A DNA stretch of 64,000 nucleotides, taken from assembly GCA_951406725.2 (NCBI GenBank), contig OX597817.1:9052001-9116000 (forward strand), written 5' to 3'. Shown one piece after another: positions 37,039 to 50,365 of the stretch (its first letter is position 1; the number at the start of each line of letters is the position of its first letter). A program made the position numbers and the translations under genes. This DNA comes from Octopus vulgaris (lineage: Eukaryota). Below the pieces are notes generated by a model, which did not search any database, was not told the origin of the DNA, and was given only the letters and a program-made list of their open reading frames with translations.

Positions 37039-37230
37039 AGTCATTTGACTGCGGCCATACTGGAACACGGCCACCGCCTTTAGTCAAACAAATCGACACC
37101 AGGACACTTATGCTGTGTAAGCCTAGTACTTATTCTATCGGTGTCTATTGCCGAACCGCTAGTTCACGGGGACGTAAACACACCAAAATCGGTTGTCAAG
37201 CAACGGTGGAGGTGGGACAGACGCAGACAC
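37039..37230 (-). mobile_element. SINE family A 3' half (old)
   Basis: AGTCATTTGACTGCGGCC..GGGGACGTAAACACACC. Confidence 0.8.
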
Positions 37231-37232
37231 AC

Positions 37233-37279
<47 letters not shown>

Positions 37280-37519
37280 TATTATATCAGATTTCTTTCA
37301 AAAAGTATATTTCATAACGTGTCAAGTATTTTTACGGTAATTATTATTGGGCATAGTTATTTTCTTATTTAAATCTAGCTAAGATGAGTTTGTTCGCTAC
37401 ATCATTTGCATGAACGCTTGCTGCCCACAACCGACTGTCTGTCTTAATAGCGCACTGGGGTTACGGATTTGCATATTAAGTAAGGTTGAGGCTTTAAGTT
37501 CAGGAAGCGTTAAGGAACT

Positions 37520-37941
37520 CTCTCTTTTACTCTTTTACTCTTTTACTTGTTTCAGTCATTTGACTGCGGCCATGCTGGAGCACCGCCTTTAGTCGAGCAA
37601 ATCGACCCCGGGACTTATTCTTTGTAAGCCCAGTACTTATTCTATCGGTCTCTTTTGCCGAACCGCTAAGTGACGGGGACGTAAACACACCAGCATCGCT
37701 TGTCAAGCAATGCTAGGGGGACAAACACAGACACACAAACATATACACACACACATATATATATATATGCATATATACGACAGGCTTCTTTCAGTTTCCG
37801 TCTACCAAATCCACTCACAAGGCATTGGTCGGCCCGGGGCTATAGCAGAAGACACTTGCCCAAGATGCCACGCAGTGGGACTGAACCCGGAACCATGTGG
37901 TTGGTAAACAAGCTACTTACCACACAGCCACTCCTGCGCCT
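37520..37941 (-). mobile_element. SINE family A
   Basis: Full-length copy; GAACT on both flanks. Confidence 0.92.
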
Positions 37942-38008
37942 GAACTATGAAAATCTTTAGTGAAACAAAAAAGGATTTTAACCTCCAACGGAGTCATATT
38001 CTCCATAT

Positions 38009-38057
<49 letters not shown>

Positions 38058-38187
38058 ACATTCATGCAGATATGTGTATAATATCAGTATTATGTTTTCA
38101 TGTTCAACTACTGCTTCAGGAGTAATAAAAAAGGCAGATTATCTACACTTATGTTTCTCAGTAAACATATGCAGACCAACACACAAA

Positions 38188-38236
<49 letters not shown>

Positions 38237-38307
38237 CTCACCTTCTGTAGTTTATTGCATATTTTATGAATGCTAGTAATACTTATTGAAAATACCGCGC
38301 GTTATTT

Positions 38308-40450
38308 ATTACCTTCGCCTTCGCAAAAGCGAGGATATTATTTTCAGTCGCGTTTGTCTGTCTGTTAATTGATTTATTTGTCCATGGACAATATATCTCA
38401 AGAACCGCTGAATGGATTCGAATGAAACTTTCAGAGATGTTTGGCCTCGAGACTAGCACGAACTGATTAGATTTTGGGATCGATCCGGTACCCAACAAGG
38501 ATTCTGGATTATTTTTTCGGTTTTTTTTAAACTTAATTTTTGAGAGTGGTCGGGTTCATTTTTAGTATTCTCGTTTGTGAGAGCAATTGAGTTTATTTCA
38601 GATATTCTCATTTTAAAAATCACCTCCGACTAATCGTTGTGAGGGCATTGGTGTTGTCATCAATGTTATATTTGAGTTAGTGAGTTGGAAGTGTATACAC
38701 TCCATGTGAATACTGTTATTTGTTTAACTGTTATTTATTGAATTGTTGGATTGTTGTTGCCTGAAATTGTTGAACTTGTTGCCGTTTTTTGGTTTTCTTC
38801 CCCATTTATGGGTGAAGTTGTGAACAATATGGAAGGTACACCAGTACAAGCGGGCGGTTGCGTCGCGGTGGCTCGCAGGGGCCTGTCGGCGGAGGTACTG
38901 CAAGTTGAAGAAGTTGAATTGCAGGAGAGGGACTTCAGGAAGTATAACGATTTGTTGGGAAGGCGGTGGGGTGGCCTGAGGTTGGCGCCTCCCAGGGAAG
39001 TGTTAGAAGGAGCGGAGAGGGAAGCAATCGTGTACGAAACATTGAGTGTTGCAGCGAAAAGGGTGGAAGTGGCAGCGATGGAGGCGGTCGAGGGGCGCCT
39101 GAGAGAAGTTAGGAACATAGCGAAGTGCTACACCGGAGGAGGGAAATGCGGCACGGTGGAGGTGCGCTTCGTGAGTGGAGAAGAAGCGAGAAGGTGCTCC
39201 ACAGTGCCTTTGAGATCAGCGGAGTGGGCGCTGCTACCGACTTACTGTGGCAAGCGTGCGTCCGGAGCAGGAATGGGTGGGGTTCCCCCAGAAATTGATG
39301 AGGCGTGGCTGGTGGCAGCCGTCCTCTTCAGTGCGGAGGAGGACACTGAGATGTTGAAGATGTCGAGAGCTGCGGAGGTGAAATAGTGGGTGTGTGTGTT
39401 GGAGGTGTTGGTCCATGTGAACTTGCCGGACCTCCACAAGATTGCGGAAGAACTGATACTGCCAGATGAGGCAGGGTTGGGTGTGATGGTGGAACGGGGA
39501 CCGCTTGTATGTATTCTATGTGGAGTGGGGGTTCACTGAAGGCTGGGTGTCCCCAGAAGCACGAAGAGGAGAGGCGGGGAGGGAATGTCAGGAGGGGAGG
39601 GTGCAAACGTGGAGGAGGAGGTGATGGAGGAGCAGTGTGCAATGATAAAAGAAAGGAAGAGTAATGACTCACCACCAGAAGGTCCGAGGAGGAGGGGAGG
39701 GGCAGATGGGGGGGAGACAGAGTGAGGGGTGAGAGGGTGCGGATGAGAGGAGAGAGGATAAAGGGACAGCAAAGGCGGACGAGGAACGAGCGCAGAGACC
39801 ATCGGCTAGCAGGGGGAAGGGGTGCAGAGGAGAAGGGAGGGTGAAGGAGAGGTGGTGTCAGCACAGAGTGGGAGACGGACGGAGACGGAGGTGCCAGTGG
39901 CGGAGGGGAGATTGGTGAGGGGAGAGGGTGAAGGGAGAGGGAGAGTGGCGCCCAAGAGGTGTGGAGATGGAGATGAGAATTGCCAGGATGAGGAGCGTTA
40001 TCCGAGTGAAGTTGGCGGCCAGAGAGTGTAGCGAGGGTTTTAAAGCTGTTTTGTTGAAGGGGGAAAGAGAAGAGGAATTGGAGGAGTTGTTTGGTGAAGG
40101 AATGGAGATGACAGGAGTGCATGTTGGTTGCGACGAATTGCCACCGGTGGTGGCCTTCGATGAGTTAATAGTAGAGAATAAGTTATAAACCAACAGATAC
40201 AATACCGATATGAACTGTTCATTTAAAGACAGTAAAATGGAACTACCTGCTTATGGGGCGGGGGTAGGTAAGCCATTTCATTCTCATTTTCATTATATCC
40301 ATAATTCATTCGATACGTGTTTCTAAGTGCCCCAATGTATTGTTTTGTCTGTTTTTGTGTTGTCCCTTCTCTTTTGAGGCCTTGTACCTAATTAAAGAAA
40401 TAAGGACGTTGGTGCTGTCTTGGCGGAGGTTTGCGCTGAGTTCTCTTGTT
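38308..40450 (+). mobile_element. Helentron/HINE-like non-autonomous element, interrupted at 38659-40402
   Basis: Subterminal inverted repeats ACCTTCGCC and GGCGGAGGT; (GTCT)n; ATATCTCAAGAACCGCTGAATGGATT..GAAACTTT motif. Confidence 0.65.
38659..40402 (+). mobile_element. Tx1/L1-like element with ORF1 (gag-like) only
   Basis: ORF 38751-39386 continues through frameshifts to a CxxC..H..C knuckle near 39510; T-rich 3'UTR ending TAAAGAAATA; 17-bp TSD with 3 mismatches at 38642 and 40403. Confidence 0.65.
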
Positions 40451-41028
40451 TATTCATTCATTGATTTATAAGACTAATGCAGGTGTTTAATTCTTGAAAT
40501 TGCGTAAATTTCGCGAAACACCAGACTGAAGAATGTACAAACATTGAGAGAGAATAGCTTTGAAAACTATATTCTTTGTTATTCACATGTTACCACCTGT
40601 TCTTTTCTGAAAGTTGGCTATTATTTTGAACATCATGTGAACAAGTGAGCGTGCTCTGAAAGACTCAGCATGACATTAATGCTAGTGCGTGTGCATGTGC
40701 ATGTTAATACATATATATATAAAAACGTTATATATTTAAGCCTTTTGTTTCTATTTATTTGTGTGTGCGTCAAATTTATTTGTGTGTGTACACGTTAACA
40801 GTTTTTCAAAAAAAAACGTTGTCTGTGTTTAATCTTTTGTTTATATTTTGTGTGTATAAGTACGTTAATATGTTTGTTCACGTGATAGAACTGAAAACTC
40901 CAAACTCACGGCAGTTTAAGTATTTGTATCCCACGTCATCAAAATATGTGTCGCATATATTTCTATCATTAGACAAAATAATGAAAGTCAATATTCGGGA
41001 AAATATATTATTATTATTATTAGTGTTG

Positions 41029-41059
<31 letters not shown>

Positions 41060-41289
41060 AAACAATTACTATCAAACAATTATATCTAAATATTTAATTA
41101 TTTTTATTCCACATAACCTAATACAATTTTATTGTCAATTTACTTTATAAAACATATTTATATCTATTAAAATATCATATTTATATTTTACCCAAGTTTA
41201 CATTTTATTCATTTTCATTTATTTGTAGTTTTTAAATACAAATTTATATGAGTGTGTACATGATAAACTACATTCACGTTTACAGTGAA

Positions 41290-42020
41290 GAAGTTCGTGT
41301 TTAGAATTTTAAAATTTGGAAGATTTCTTCAATACAAAGATCACAACGGGCGTCTCCCACTTTGTAGGACCTAGCGTGACTGATAATTTCCCGCTTGAGG
41401 TTAAAATCCTTATCTTTGTCCTTTTCCCCTTTATTTTTGTTTTTAAATGTGTTTTCGTGATTGGCGATTCTAAGCTTAATAAAATTTGCCGTGGAGCCAA
41501 TGTAATAATAATTTAGTCCATCGGTTTCTACCCTGCATCTTTACGCGACCTCTTTCTGGCAGCAAAAATGATTAAATTTACATTTATCTTTGAATTTACA
41601 ATTACTACGAGTATTCTTATCCTTCTCTATAATTCTGTGGTCAATCCTAATCTTATCCATAACGCTAGTTTTTCTTCTTTATGTTTAAAATGGGAGGATA
41701 TGTTGATTACCTCCCTTTCCACACTGTGAGATCTAATTTCACGTTCATTAGAATTTTGAATTTTTTGGTTGTTATGTGATATATTGTCATTGTGTTTATT
41801 TCTACTGTTATAGAAACTGTTAAATGTTTTATTTAGTGAAACAACAATCTCCTTATAATATATTATATTGAAATTTACCCATATATCGAAGTGTAATAAT
41901 CATTAAACTCCGTAATATACTTAATTGGTGCCTATTTAAACAATGAGTACCAATACTTTTAAGTTATACTGGACTCTTGGACTTTTACATCGATATATAA
42001 GATCGGCGAAGTATGGATGT
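41290..42020 (-). mobile_element. Penelope-like element GIY-YIG endonuclease fossil
   Basis: rc SNCKFKDKCKFNHFCCQKEVA*RCRVETDGLNYYIGSTANFIKLRIANHENTF..REIISHARSYKVGDARCDLCIEEIFQIL. Confidence 0.85.
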
Positions 42021-42062
42021 TAACATCCCTTTAAAGAGGTAGCTGTATACTCAAAAGAGTTA

Positions 42063-42093
<31 letters not shown>

Positions 42094-42174
42094 AACACAC
42101 ACACACACACACACGCTCACACACACACATACACACACACACACAAATACAAACAGACACACCCAAACAGTACC

Positions 42175-42870
42175 CTCGCATAGTTCTCTCTATTGATGAT
42201 GTGGCCCTTTTGAAGATAGTCAATAAACCCAACGCCTTTTGCGTCCCCAAAAAGCTGAATCCATCACCCTCCCTGTAGATGAAACAACCGTGGCCTTCTT
42301 TGCAGTAGATGATGAGGGGTATTTCAACTGCATGGATTGTTTCTTTGTCTCTGGCTCAAAGGGATGAAGCCATTACTCATCCTGCCTTAGGAAACGTTTA
42401 AGGAAACCAGCTGGATCTGCCTCAAACAGTGTCAGATTTTCCCGTGATGTGACCAGCCTGATGCGCTTTTGATCAGGTGTCAGAAGACATGGCACCCTAC
42501 AAACAAACAATCGTCATGCCAAGTACATTATGCAGAATATTCTCCAATCTCTCACAGGATATGCTGATAGCACTGGATATTTGATTTATAGTCAATCGCC
42601 TGTCATCCTTCAACATGTGGTGAACACAATCTATGTTTTCCTCGGTGGTGACATTTGCAAGACGTCCAAAACTTGGGTAATCTTCAAGACTCACCCTTTC
42701 CCTCCTAAATCCTGTTACCCACTTTTGCGCGGTTAGTAAAGTTAAAACGTCATCCTCTAATGTGGCAACTATATCAGAATGAATGTCCTTGGGGTTGAGC
42801 TCTTTTTCTGCAAGTACTTGATAACACCAGGATGGCAACTTTAGTCCAATCAGATGTGAGCTTACCTGAA
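42175..42870 (-). mobile_element. mariner transposase fossil (N-terminus to mid catalytic domain)
   Basis: HTH region, DDRRLTINQI, VPCLLTPDQK, FEPETKKQS, IDYLQKGHIIN. Confidence 0.88.
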
Positions 42871-42889
42871 AAGAAACAACGCAGTCATT

Positions 42890-43095
42890 AATCCTTTCTA
42901 CTATAGACACAAGGCCTGAAATTTGGTGGGAGAGGGCCAATCGATTAGATCGATCCCAGTACGCAACTGGTACTTAATTTATCGACCCCTTAAGGATGAA
43001 AGGCAAAGTCGACCTCGGCGGAATTTGAACTCAGACCGTAAAGATAGATGAAATACTGCTAAGCATTTCGTCCAGCGTGCTAACGATTCTGCCAA
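42890..43095 (-). mobile_element. SINE family B variant with alternative tail
   Basis: Family B head and body; tail rc AATTTCAGGCCTTGTGTCTATAGTAGAAAGG. Confidence 0.85.
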
Positions 43096-43153
43096 TGAAT
43101 GCAAGATTCCTTAGCTCTAGCATTATTCCTTCATAATCAGCCTATGAACTTTT

Positions 43154-43262
<109 letters not shown>

Positions 43263-43847
43263 AACATTGAAGTACACAGGACATTGAAGTACACAGAACA
43301 TAAATACAACTACATACCCCTACATATATGCACACACTAACGCAAACACATAGTTTCAAACCCCGGGAACTGCCTTAATTCAAAATGTCTTGTCACTTTG
43401 TTAGCGATCGGCTTGAACTCCATGAAGTTTACTCATCCCAATGAAAACATACATACATACATACATACATGCATACATACATACATACATACATACATAC
43501 ATACATACATACATACATACATACATACGTACATACATACATACATACATACATACATACATACATACATACATACATACATACAAGCAGGTGTGTGTGT
43601 GTGTGTGTGCGTGCGACGTGTGTGTGTGAGCATGTGTGCTTATGTGTCTAGTAATAGATAGACGCAAATATTTTCCGCATGAAAAGGTTTAAATAATCAA
43701 CTGAATAACGCACTTAGTGTATTTAGTAGAATGAATAGCAGTCTGATTAAATGAGACTCTGACTTTGAACTTTCGCCGAGGAAGGTTTATCATTCGATAA
43801 GTTATCGTAGATGTGTTTGACAAGCTCTCCTAAAAATTTGGAGGTCA

Positions 43848-43894
<47 letters not shown>

Positions 43895-44019
43895 ATACAT
43901 ACATACATACATATATACATACATATATATACATACAGATATATATATATATATACACATACATATATATATATATACACATATATATATACACATACAT
44001 ACATACATATACACATACA

Positions 44020-44055
<36 letters not shown>

Positions 44056-44069
44056 CATACATACATATA

Positions 44070-44169
<100 letters not shown>

Positions 44170-44229
44170 GGCCTCCAAATGTTTAGGAGAGCTTGTCAAA
44201 TACATCTACGATAACTTATTGAATGATAA

Positions 44230-44271
<42 letters not shown>

Positions 44272-44482
44272 GAATTCCAAAATGGACCTACTGGTGGACT
44301 GTTGGCGATCTTTGTCCTCCGTCTTCCTTTCCTCTTGGACTTTCTTCTGTCTCTTGTTTCTGAAGATTTGCTCGAAACATAAAACACCCTTTCTTTCCTT
44401 CCCTGAGCGTCTTTTAATACTTTGCATGGACCACATCCTCGCGTTGTTTTTTCTTGTGTTTTATTTTTTCTTTGTTTTGGGG

Positions 44483-44534
<52 letters not shown>

Positions 44535-44560
44535 CATATACACACACACACACATATATA

Positions 44561-44695
44561 TATTTCTTTACTGCCCACAAGGGGCTAAACATAGAGGGGA
44601 CAAACAAGGGCAGACAAAGGATTAAGTCGATTACATCGACCCCAGTGCGTAACTGGTACTTAATTTATTGAAAAGTTTTGTCGACCCCCGAAAGG
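44561..44695 (-). mobile_element. SINE family B 3' fragment
   Basis: TATTTCTTTACTGCCCACAAGGGGCTAAAC.. Confidence 0.85.
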
Positions 44696-44758
44696 GTATT
44701 TTTTGATATGCTGCATTGATAGAATTTTTTTCCCGAAAAATTTTTATCCTACATTAGT

Positions 44759-44890
<132 letters not shown>

Positions 44891-44917
44891 CATATATACA
44901 TGCATACATACATACAG

Positions 44918-45460
44918 AACGCCAAGGTTTTTCATCTCCACGGGAAGTGATGATCTCACTTTTGGAGGGATGCAAAATGCGTAGTGTTTATTGACAATCT
45001 TCCAAAGAACCACACCGTTAATGGAGAGTACTATGCCAACTTGCTGAGGCAGTTACGAAAGGCTACCAAACGCAAACGCCAGAAATACTGACGAAAGTGT
45101 ACTTTCTTCATCAATGCTCCAGCACACCATCTTTGGCTTCAATGGCTGCTTGCGTGACTGTGGCTTTGAACTGGTTGTTTAACCCCCCGCCCATATTCTC
45201 TTGATTTGGGTCCATCTGACAATAATCTGTTCCCATCATGAAAAAACACATGGCTAGAAACCAGTAATGTAGTGATACTGTTGTGTATGACTATTTGGGA
45301 CAACAGGATGAAAGCTTCATCAATGGAATTCTAGCACTGCAACACCGATGAGAGGAGAGTGTGAACTGCAAGAGGGACTATGTTGTAAAATAAACCGCAT
45401 TTGGTCACATGCCTTGAGAGTATCTTGATCAGCCACTGAACTTTTTCAGACGACCCTCGA
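44918..45460 (+). mobile_element. mariner transposase C-terminal fossil with right end
   Basis: [33 protein letters not shown]; ends AACTTTTTCAGACGACCCTCG. Confidence 0.85.
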
Positions 45461-45530
45461 ACGTGTGTGTCTTTGTAGACGTACGCAACAAAGTATGTGC
45501 AAAAATTCATTTAAGGATTCTCACACGAAG

Positions 45531-45531
<1 letters not shown>

Positions 45532-45561
<30 letters not shown>

Positions 45562-45890
45562 TGTATTTTATGTATGTATGTATGTATGTATGTATGTATG
45601 TATGTATGTATGTATGTATGTATGTATGTATGTATGTATGTATGTGTGTATGTATGTTTGTTTGTATGTATGTATGTATGCATGTATGTATGTATGTATG
45701 TATGTATGTTTGTTTGTATGTATGTATGTATGTATGTATATATGCATGCATGTATGTATGTATGCATGTATGTATACATGCATATCTGTCTGTCGATCTG
45801 TATATATGTATTTATGTGTGTGTATGTACCTATGTATGTATGTATGTATGTATGTATGTATGTATGTATGTATGTATGTATGTATGTAGG
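45532..45890. repeat. (TATG)n microsatellite
   Basis: Direct reading. Confidence 0.95.
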
Positions 45891-45960
45891 TAGGTAGGTA
45901 GGTAGTATGGATGTATGTAATGCATATATGTATGTACGTACATACATAAGTATCTATGTA

Positions 45961-46118
45961 GAGGCTGTGTAGTAAGAAGCTTGCTTCCCTACCACATGGT
46001 TCCGAGTTCAGTCCCACTGCGTGGCACCTTGGCAAGTGTCTTCTACTATAGCCTAGGGCCGTCCGAAGCCTTGTGAGTGGATTTGGTCGACGGAAAGTGA
46101 AAGAAGTCCGTCATACAT

Positions 46119-46190
<72 letters not shown>

Positions 46191-46408
46191 CTGTCTGTCT
46201 TTGTGTCTGTATTTGTCCCTCCATCACCTCTTGACAACTGGTGTTGTTGTGTCTACGTCCTCGTAACTTAGCGATTCGGCAAAAGAGACCAATAGAATAA
46301 GTACTAGGCCTTAAAAATATCTTGGGGGCCGATTTGTTCGACTAAAACCTTGAAGGCTGTGCTCCAGCATGGCCGCAGTCAAATGACTGAAACAAATAAA
46401 AGAATAAA
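45961..46408 (+). mobile_element. SINE family A (older copy)
   Basis: Full architecture, more diverged. Confidence 0.88.
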
Positions 46409-46789
46409 TGAATGTTAAAATTCTCTCTTTGTGTGCCTTCAGATTTTAGCAAAAATAGTACATTGAATCAATAAAAAGTTACAACTAATGTACTCTTATA
46501 CTAAAGCACTTTTACTCGAAATAATTTCGAGGGCATTCCTGGTCCCTGGAATGCTGAAAGCGGAATTATTCTCTTCATTATTAAATCAACACGTTCAAGA
46601 ACCCCACCCCTCCATTGGTGGACAATAGACAAAAAGAAATAAAGGCTCAGGCACAAAGAAAATGCTTGGAAACACATACGGAAACAGACACATGCATACA
46701 TTCGAGATTTAGACTCCAGGCGGAACACATAGATTATACCTTTCCCTCACCACCTCTAATAGCAAAAGTATGTGCAAAAGATTTATTCA

Positions 46790-47191
46790 TCTCTCTATAT
46801 ATATAAAGCTGAAGTTGTCTGTGTTTGTGTGGCAGGTTTGGTAGCCTTCAAATAACACTATCTCCTCCGAGACCCTGCGATGCAAGTTGGCCAAAATTGA
46901 GAGTATGATAGAATAAGGCTTGCTCTCCCTTCCGTAGAAGAAAAAATTTCAAATCGGACCATGTTAACACCAAAAATTATTTACATCAAAAAGGTGCTTT
47001 TTTTTTCTATGAAAATCCCTATTTTTTAGGATTTTTTTTTACTGCTGTGTCGCCATTTTTCGGTGTATTTCAACAGAAAAATGTTCACTTAAAGAGAATA
47101 ACAAGCTACATAATGCAAAAGTTTTACTTTTCAAAAATTCCAATTCTAAATGGTCGAAACAAACCCGAACAACGCCGGGGGATACTGCTAG
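46790..47191 (+). mobile_element. Non-autonomous Helitron
   Basis: A|TC start; CCCGAACAACGCCGGG hairpin; CTAG|T end. Confidence 0.88.
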
Positions 47192-47504
47192 TAACAATGT
47201 ACAATTGTTACGTTCATGAATTTGTGTTGCAAGTTTCCCCGATATTAAACCGTGTATTGAAACAGATATTGTTGTATTTCGGGATCGTACTTATTATTTT
47301 TTTTCCAAATAAACCCACGCAAATATATATTCGTTCTTCACTCGTTTATTACTGTTCTTATTTTAACACGTGTCCATTGTCCAGAAATCTTTTATCACAC
47401 ATCTGTGACCTCTTCAGCGACACTTTCCGTACTCTGCTTTGTCCATTCTGTACTTCTGTTTTTGACAAAAAATTTTGTTCTATTTTTCTTAAAAAACAAA
47501 AAGC

Positions 47505-47649
47505 AGTTCGGCGAAAGAAACCGATAAAATATGTACCAGGCTTACAAAGAATAAGTCCAGGGGCCGATCTCTTCGACTAAAAGGCGGTGCTCCAGCATGG
47601 CCGCAGTCAGAATGGCTGAAATATGTAAACGAATAAAAGAATAAAAGAA
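47505..47649 (+). mobile_element. SINE family A 3' fragment
   Basis: GTTCGGCGAAAGAAACCGAT..GGCGGTGCTCCAGCATGGCC..AAAAGAAT. Confidence 0.85.
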
Positions 47650-47814
47650 TCCCGAAATACAACAATAATATAGAATTGCTTGAGTCAAAACTATTTCAGT
47701 CCAGGATTGAACAATAAAGTAAATTTGTTTATAAATTATGCGATATTTTACTATTGTATTCCGTCTTTTTTGTCTCAGGGAATTTCAAGAGTAATTTGAC
47801 TGAAAGTTCCAATG

Positions 47815-47953
47815 TACTAGTGTAGCTGGGGAGGGCGGTAGGGGCGGTTGTAGGCTATTGCTGAAGGCAATATGTCTTAATATGGGGTCGGAGGTGGGGG
47901 CAGCAAACGGAAGGGCAGCCTCGGGCTGCACACACACTCTAGCTACGTTAGTG
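47815..47953. mobile_element. hAT MITE
   Basis: TIRs TACTAGTGTAGCT and AGCTACGTTAGTG; perfect 8-bp TSD TTCCAATG. Confidence 0.85.
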
Positions 47954-47965
47954 TTCCAATGTATT

Positions 47966-48004
<39 letters not shown>

Positions 48005-48095
48005 CTGTCTATCTATCTATCTATCTGTCTCTCTACTTCTCTCTGTTTTTCTCTGTCTCTCTCTTATTCTATCTATTTATCTATCTATCTATCTA

Positions 48096-48137
<42 letters not shown>

Positions 48138-48150
48138 CGTCCGTCTGTCC

Positions 48151-48216
<66 letters not shown>

Positions 48217-48233
48217 TTATCTATCTATCTATG

Positions 48234-48265
<32 letters not shown>

Positions 48266-48634
48266 GTGTTCTTTGATGCTGGTGCTGTACATTGAAGTGA
48301 TGTGCTTCGTGTTGTACGCCAGTCCCAGTAAAAACCTCGAGGGCTTGGTATACTAATGATTCATTATAGGGTCCCCCGTTCGAGCGTGTGCGTGGGGCTC
48401 TTTCCTGGTGCGGCGCCCAATTTGAACAAATCTGTCAAATTGACTTAAAATCGGCCCTGCCCACGGGTACAGTCCATATTCTAAAGAGAGGTTAGCAACT
48501 ATATACAGCTGGTACCCGAACATTTCAAACTTTTTGTGTATGTTAGAAATCAATGTTGTAGCTTAGAGTTCGGATAAAGCAGACCCATGAGAAACGGCAT
48601 TTAAACAGATCCAATATTACTTTTATTTTGATAT

Positions 48635-49048
48635 AGACGCAGGAGTGGCTGTGTGGTAAGTAGCTTGCTAACCAACCACATGGTTCCGGGTTCAGTCCCA
48701 CTGCGTGGCATCTTGGGGAAGTGTCTTCTACTATAGCCTCGGGCCGACCAATGCCTTGTGAGTGGATTTGGTAGACGGAAACTGAAAGAAGCCTTTCGTA
48801 TATATGTATATATTTATGTGTGTGCGTGTATGTTTGTGTGTGTGTCTGTGTTTGTTCCCCCAACATCGCTTGACAACCGATGCTGGTGTGTTTACGTCCC
48901 CGTCACTTAGCGGTTCGGCAAAAGAGACCGATAGAATAAGTACTGGGCTTACAAAGAATAAGTCCCAGGGTCGATTTGCTCGACTAAAGGTGGTGCTCCA
49001 GCATGGCTGCAGTCAAATGACTGAAACAAGTAAAAGAATAAAAGAATA
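48635..49048 (+). mobile_element. SINE family A
   Basis: Full-length copy. Confidence 0.92.
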
Positions 49049-49084
49049 CGTTCGGGATATAGGGCGCACTTTTTTCCACAAAAA

Positions 49085-49521
49085 TTACCTTGCGGGCATG
49101 GACACATTGAAACTCCGACGTCTGGCAGCTGACTTGGCAGACACCCATAAAATTATTAACCATCTTACAAGCAATAACTCTGAGCACCTTTTCAAATTCC
49201 ACCCATCTAACACCCGTGGACATATTTACAAAGTCAGAAAACAGCACAGCTCCCATGACTTCAGGAAACATTTTTTCACGCTGAGAGTTGCTGAAGCATG
49301 GAACAAACTGCCGGCATCAAAAGGCACTGCATCATTCAAAACTTCCATGCTTCCTGAGATTCGCCAACACTACACCTGATCCCCCCCCACTCCATACACA
49401 CGCAAGCATGTATCTGACTCATGCATTGTTCGCTTTCCAGACATTTATACATTACTGCATGTGCTTTATATGCACTTTTGATAAGTTGTGGTGCACCTGA
49501 GCACTGTATACAATAATTTCC

Positions 49522-49590
<69 letters not shown>
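49085..49590 (+). mobile_element. CR1/L2-type LINE 3' fragment
   Basis: MDTLKLRRLAADL..NTRGHIYK..RKHFFTLRVAEAWNKLP; (TTA)n tail. Confidence 0.88.
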
Positions 49591-50365
49591 TGAAGGTAGA
49601 TTTGGCAACTGACAAAGGTTAATTTTAGTGCTACGGTAAGGCCTACCGGTATCTATTTTTAGAATGATTAGCAAATGAATGTTATAAATTAAAAATATAT
49701 ATCTATACCGTGTAGTTGTATTGATGAATAACATATATATTCATTCAGTATATAATAGGCATATTTGCGTCCCCAGCAGCTGTGTGCTGTAGTTTGTTTG
49801 CATAAAACGATAGTAATCAGTATTGCTGAAGCTAAAGCGGTAATATTTGGTAGTGTGGAGGTAAGTAACTTAACCAGAACAACAGCTTACCAAAGGACGT
49901 CAGTCTAAATTTTCATGGTTGTTCCTGTGCATGAAAATGTGAGACGTTCAGCCCGGGGATTCGGGATTAGCAGCAGTTTTTTCTTTTCTTTTCTTTTTTT
50001 ATCCGCAGGTTAGGCTTTGTCACTACGGGGGGTGCGCCTTGTATGCACGTGCGCCTTATAAGTCCCCCGTGCCCTTTTTATGCCCCAAATTTATGACACT
50101 TTATTTATCAGGCATATTAGGCTGCAGATTACACTATCCAGATTTGTAGGGTGTGATTTAAAGGATGTTTGGCTGCTATTAAGAGCAGATTGAGTGATCA
50201 TGTTGAATCCCATTATTGACTCGTGTCAAAAAGCCCCCAAGTCATTCCTGATCAAGCTGACTCATGATCAAAGGCCTTTCCGGCCGTGTCACCTATACAG
50301 ATCCCTACATTCAGCGACATAATACTTTTCCCTCTTATTTTAAGACTGTAGCATGTAATATAAGA

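Noticed and set aside
40865-40952. Degenerate minus-strand hammerhead downstream of the Penelope fossil (TTGATGA-CGTG..CACG-TGAA)
   Set aside because: Core altered at several positions; position is suggestive but not supportable
48804-49379. 191-aa ORF
   Set aside because: Chance in-frame fusion of a SINE with a LINE RT C-terminus
49861-50008. GTAAGT donor and strong CAG acceptor suggesting a host intron
   Set aside because: Flanking sequence has no recognisable coding frame and includes DNA-transposon-like GCGCCTTAT repeats; needs RNA evidence
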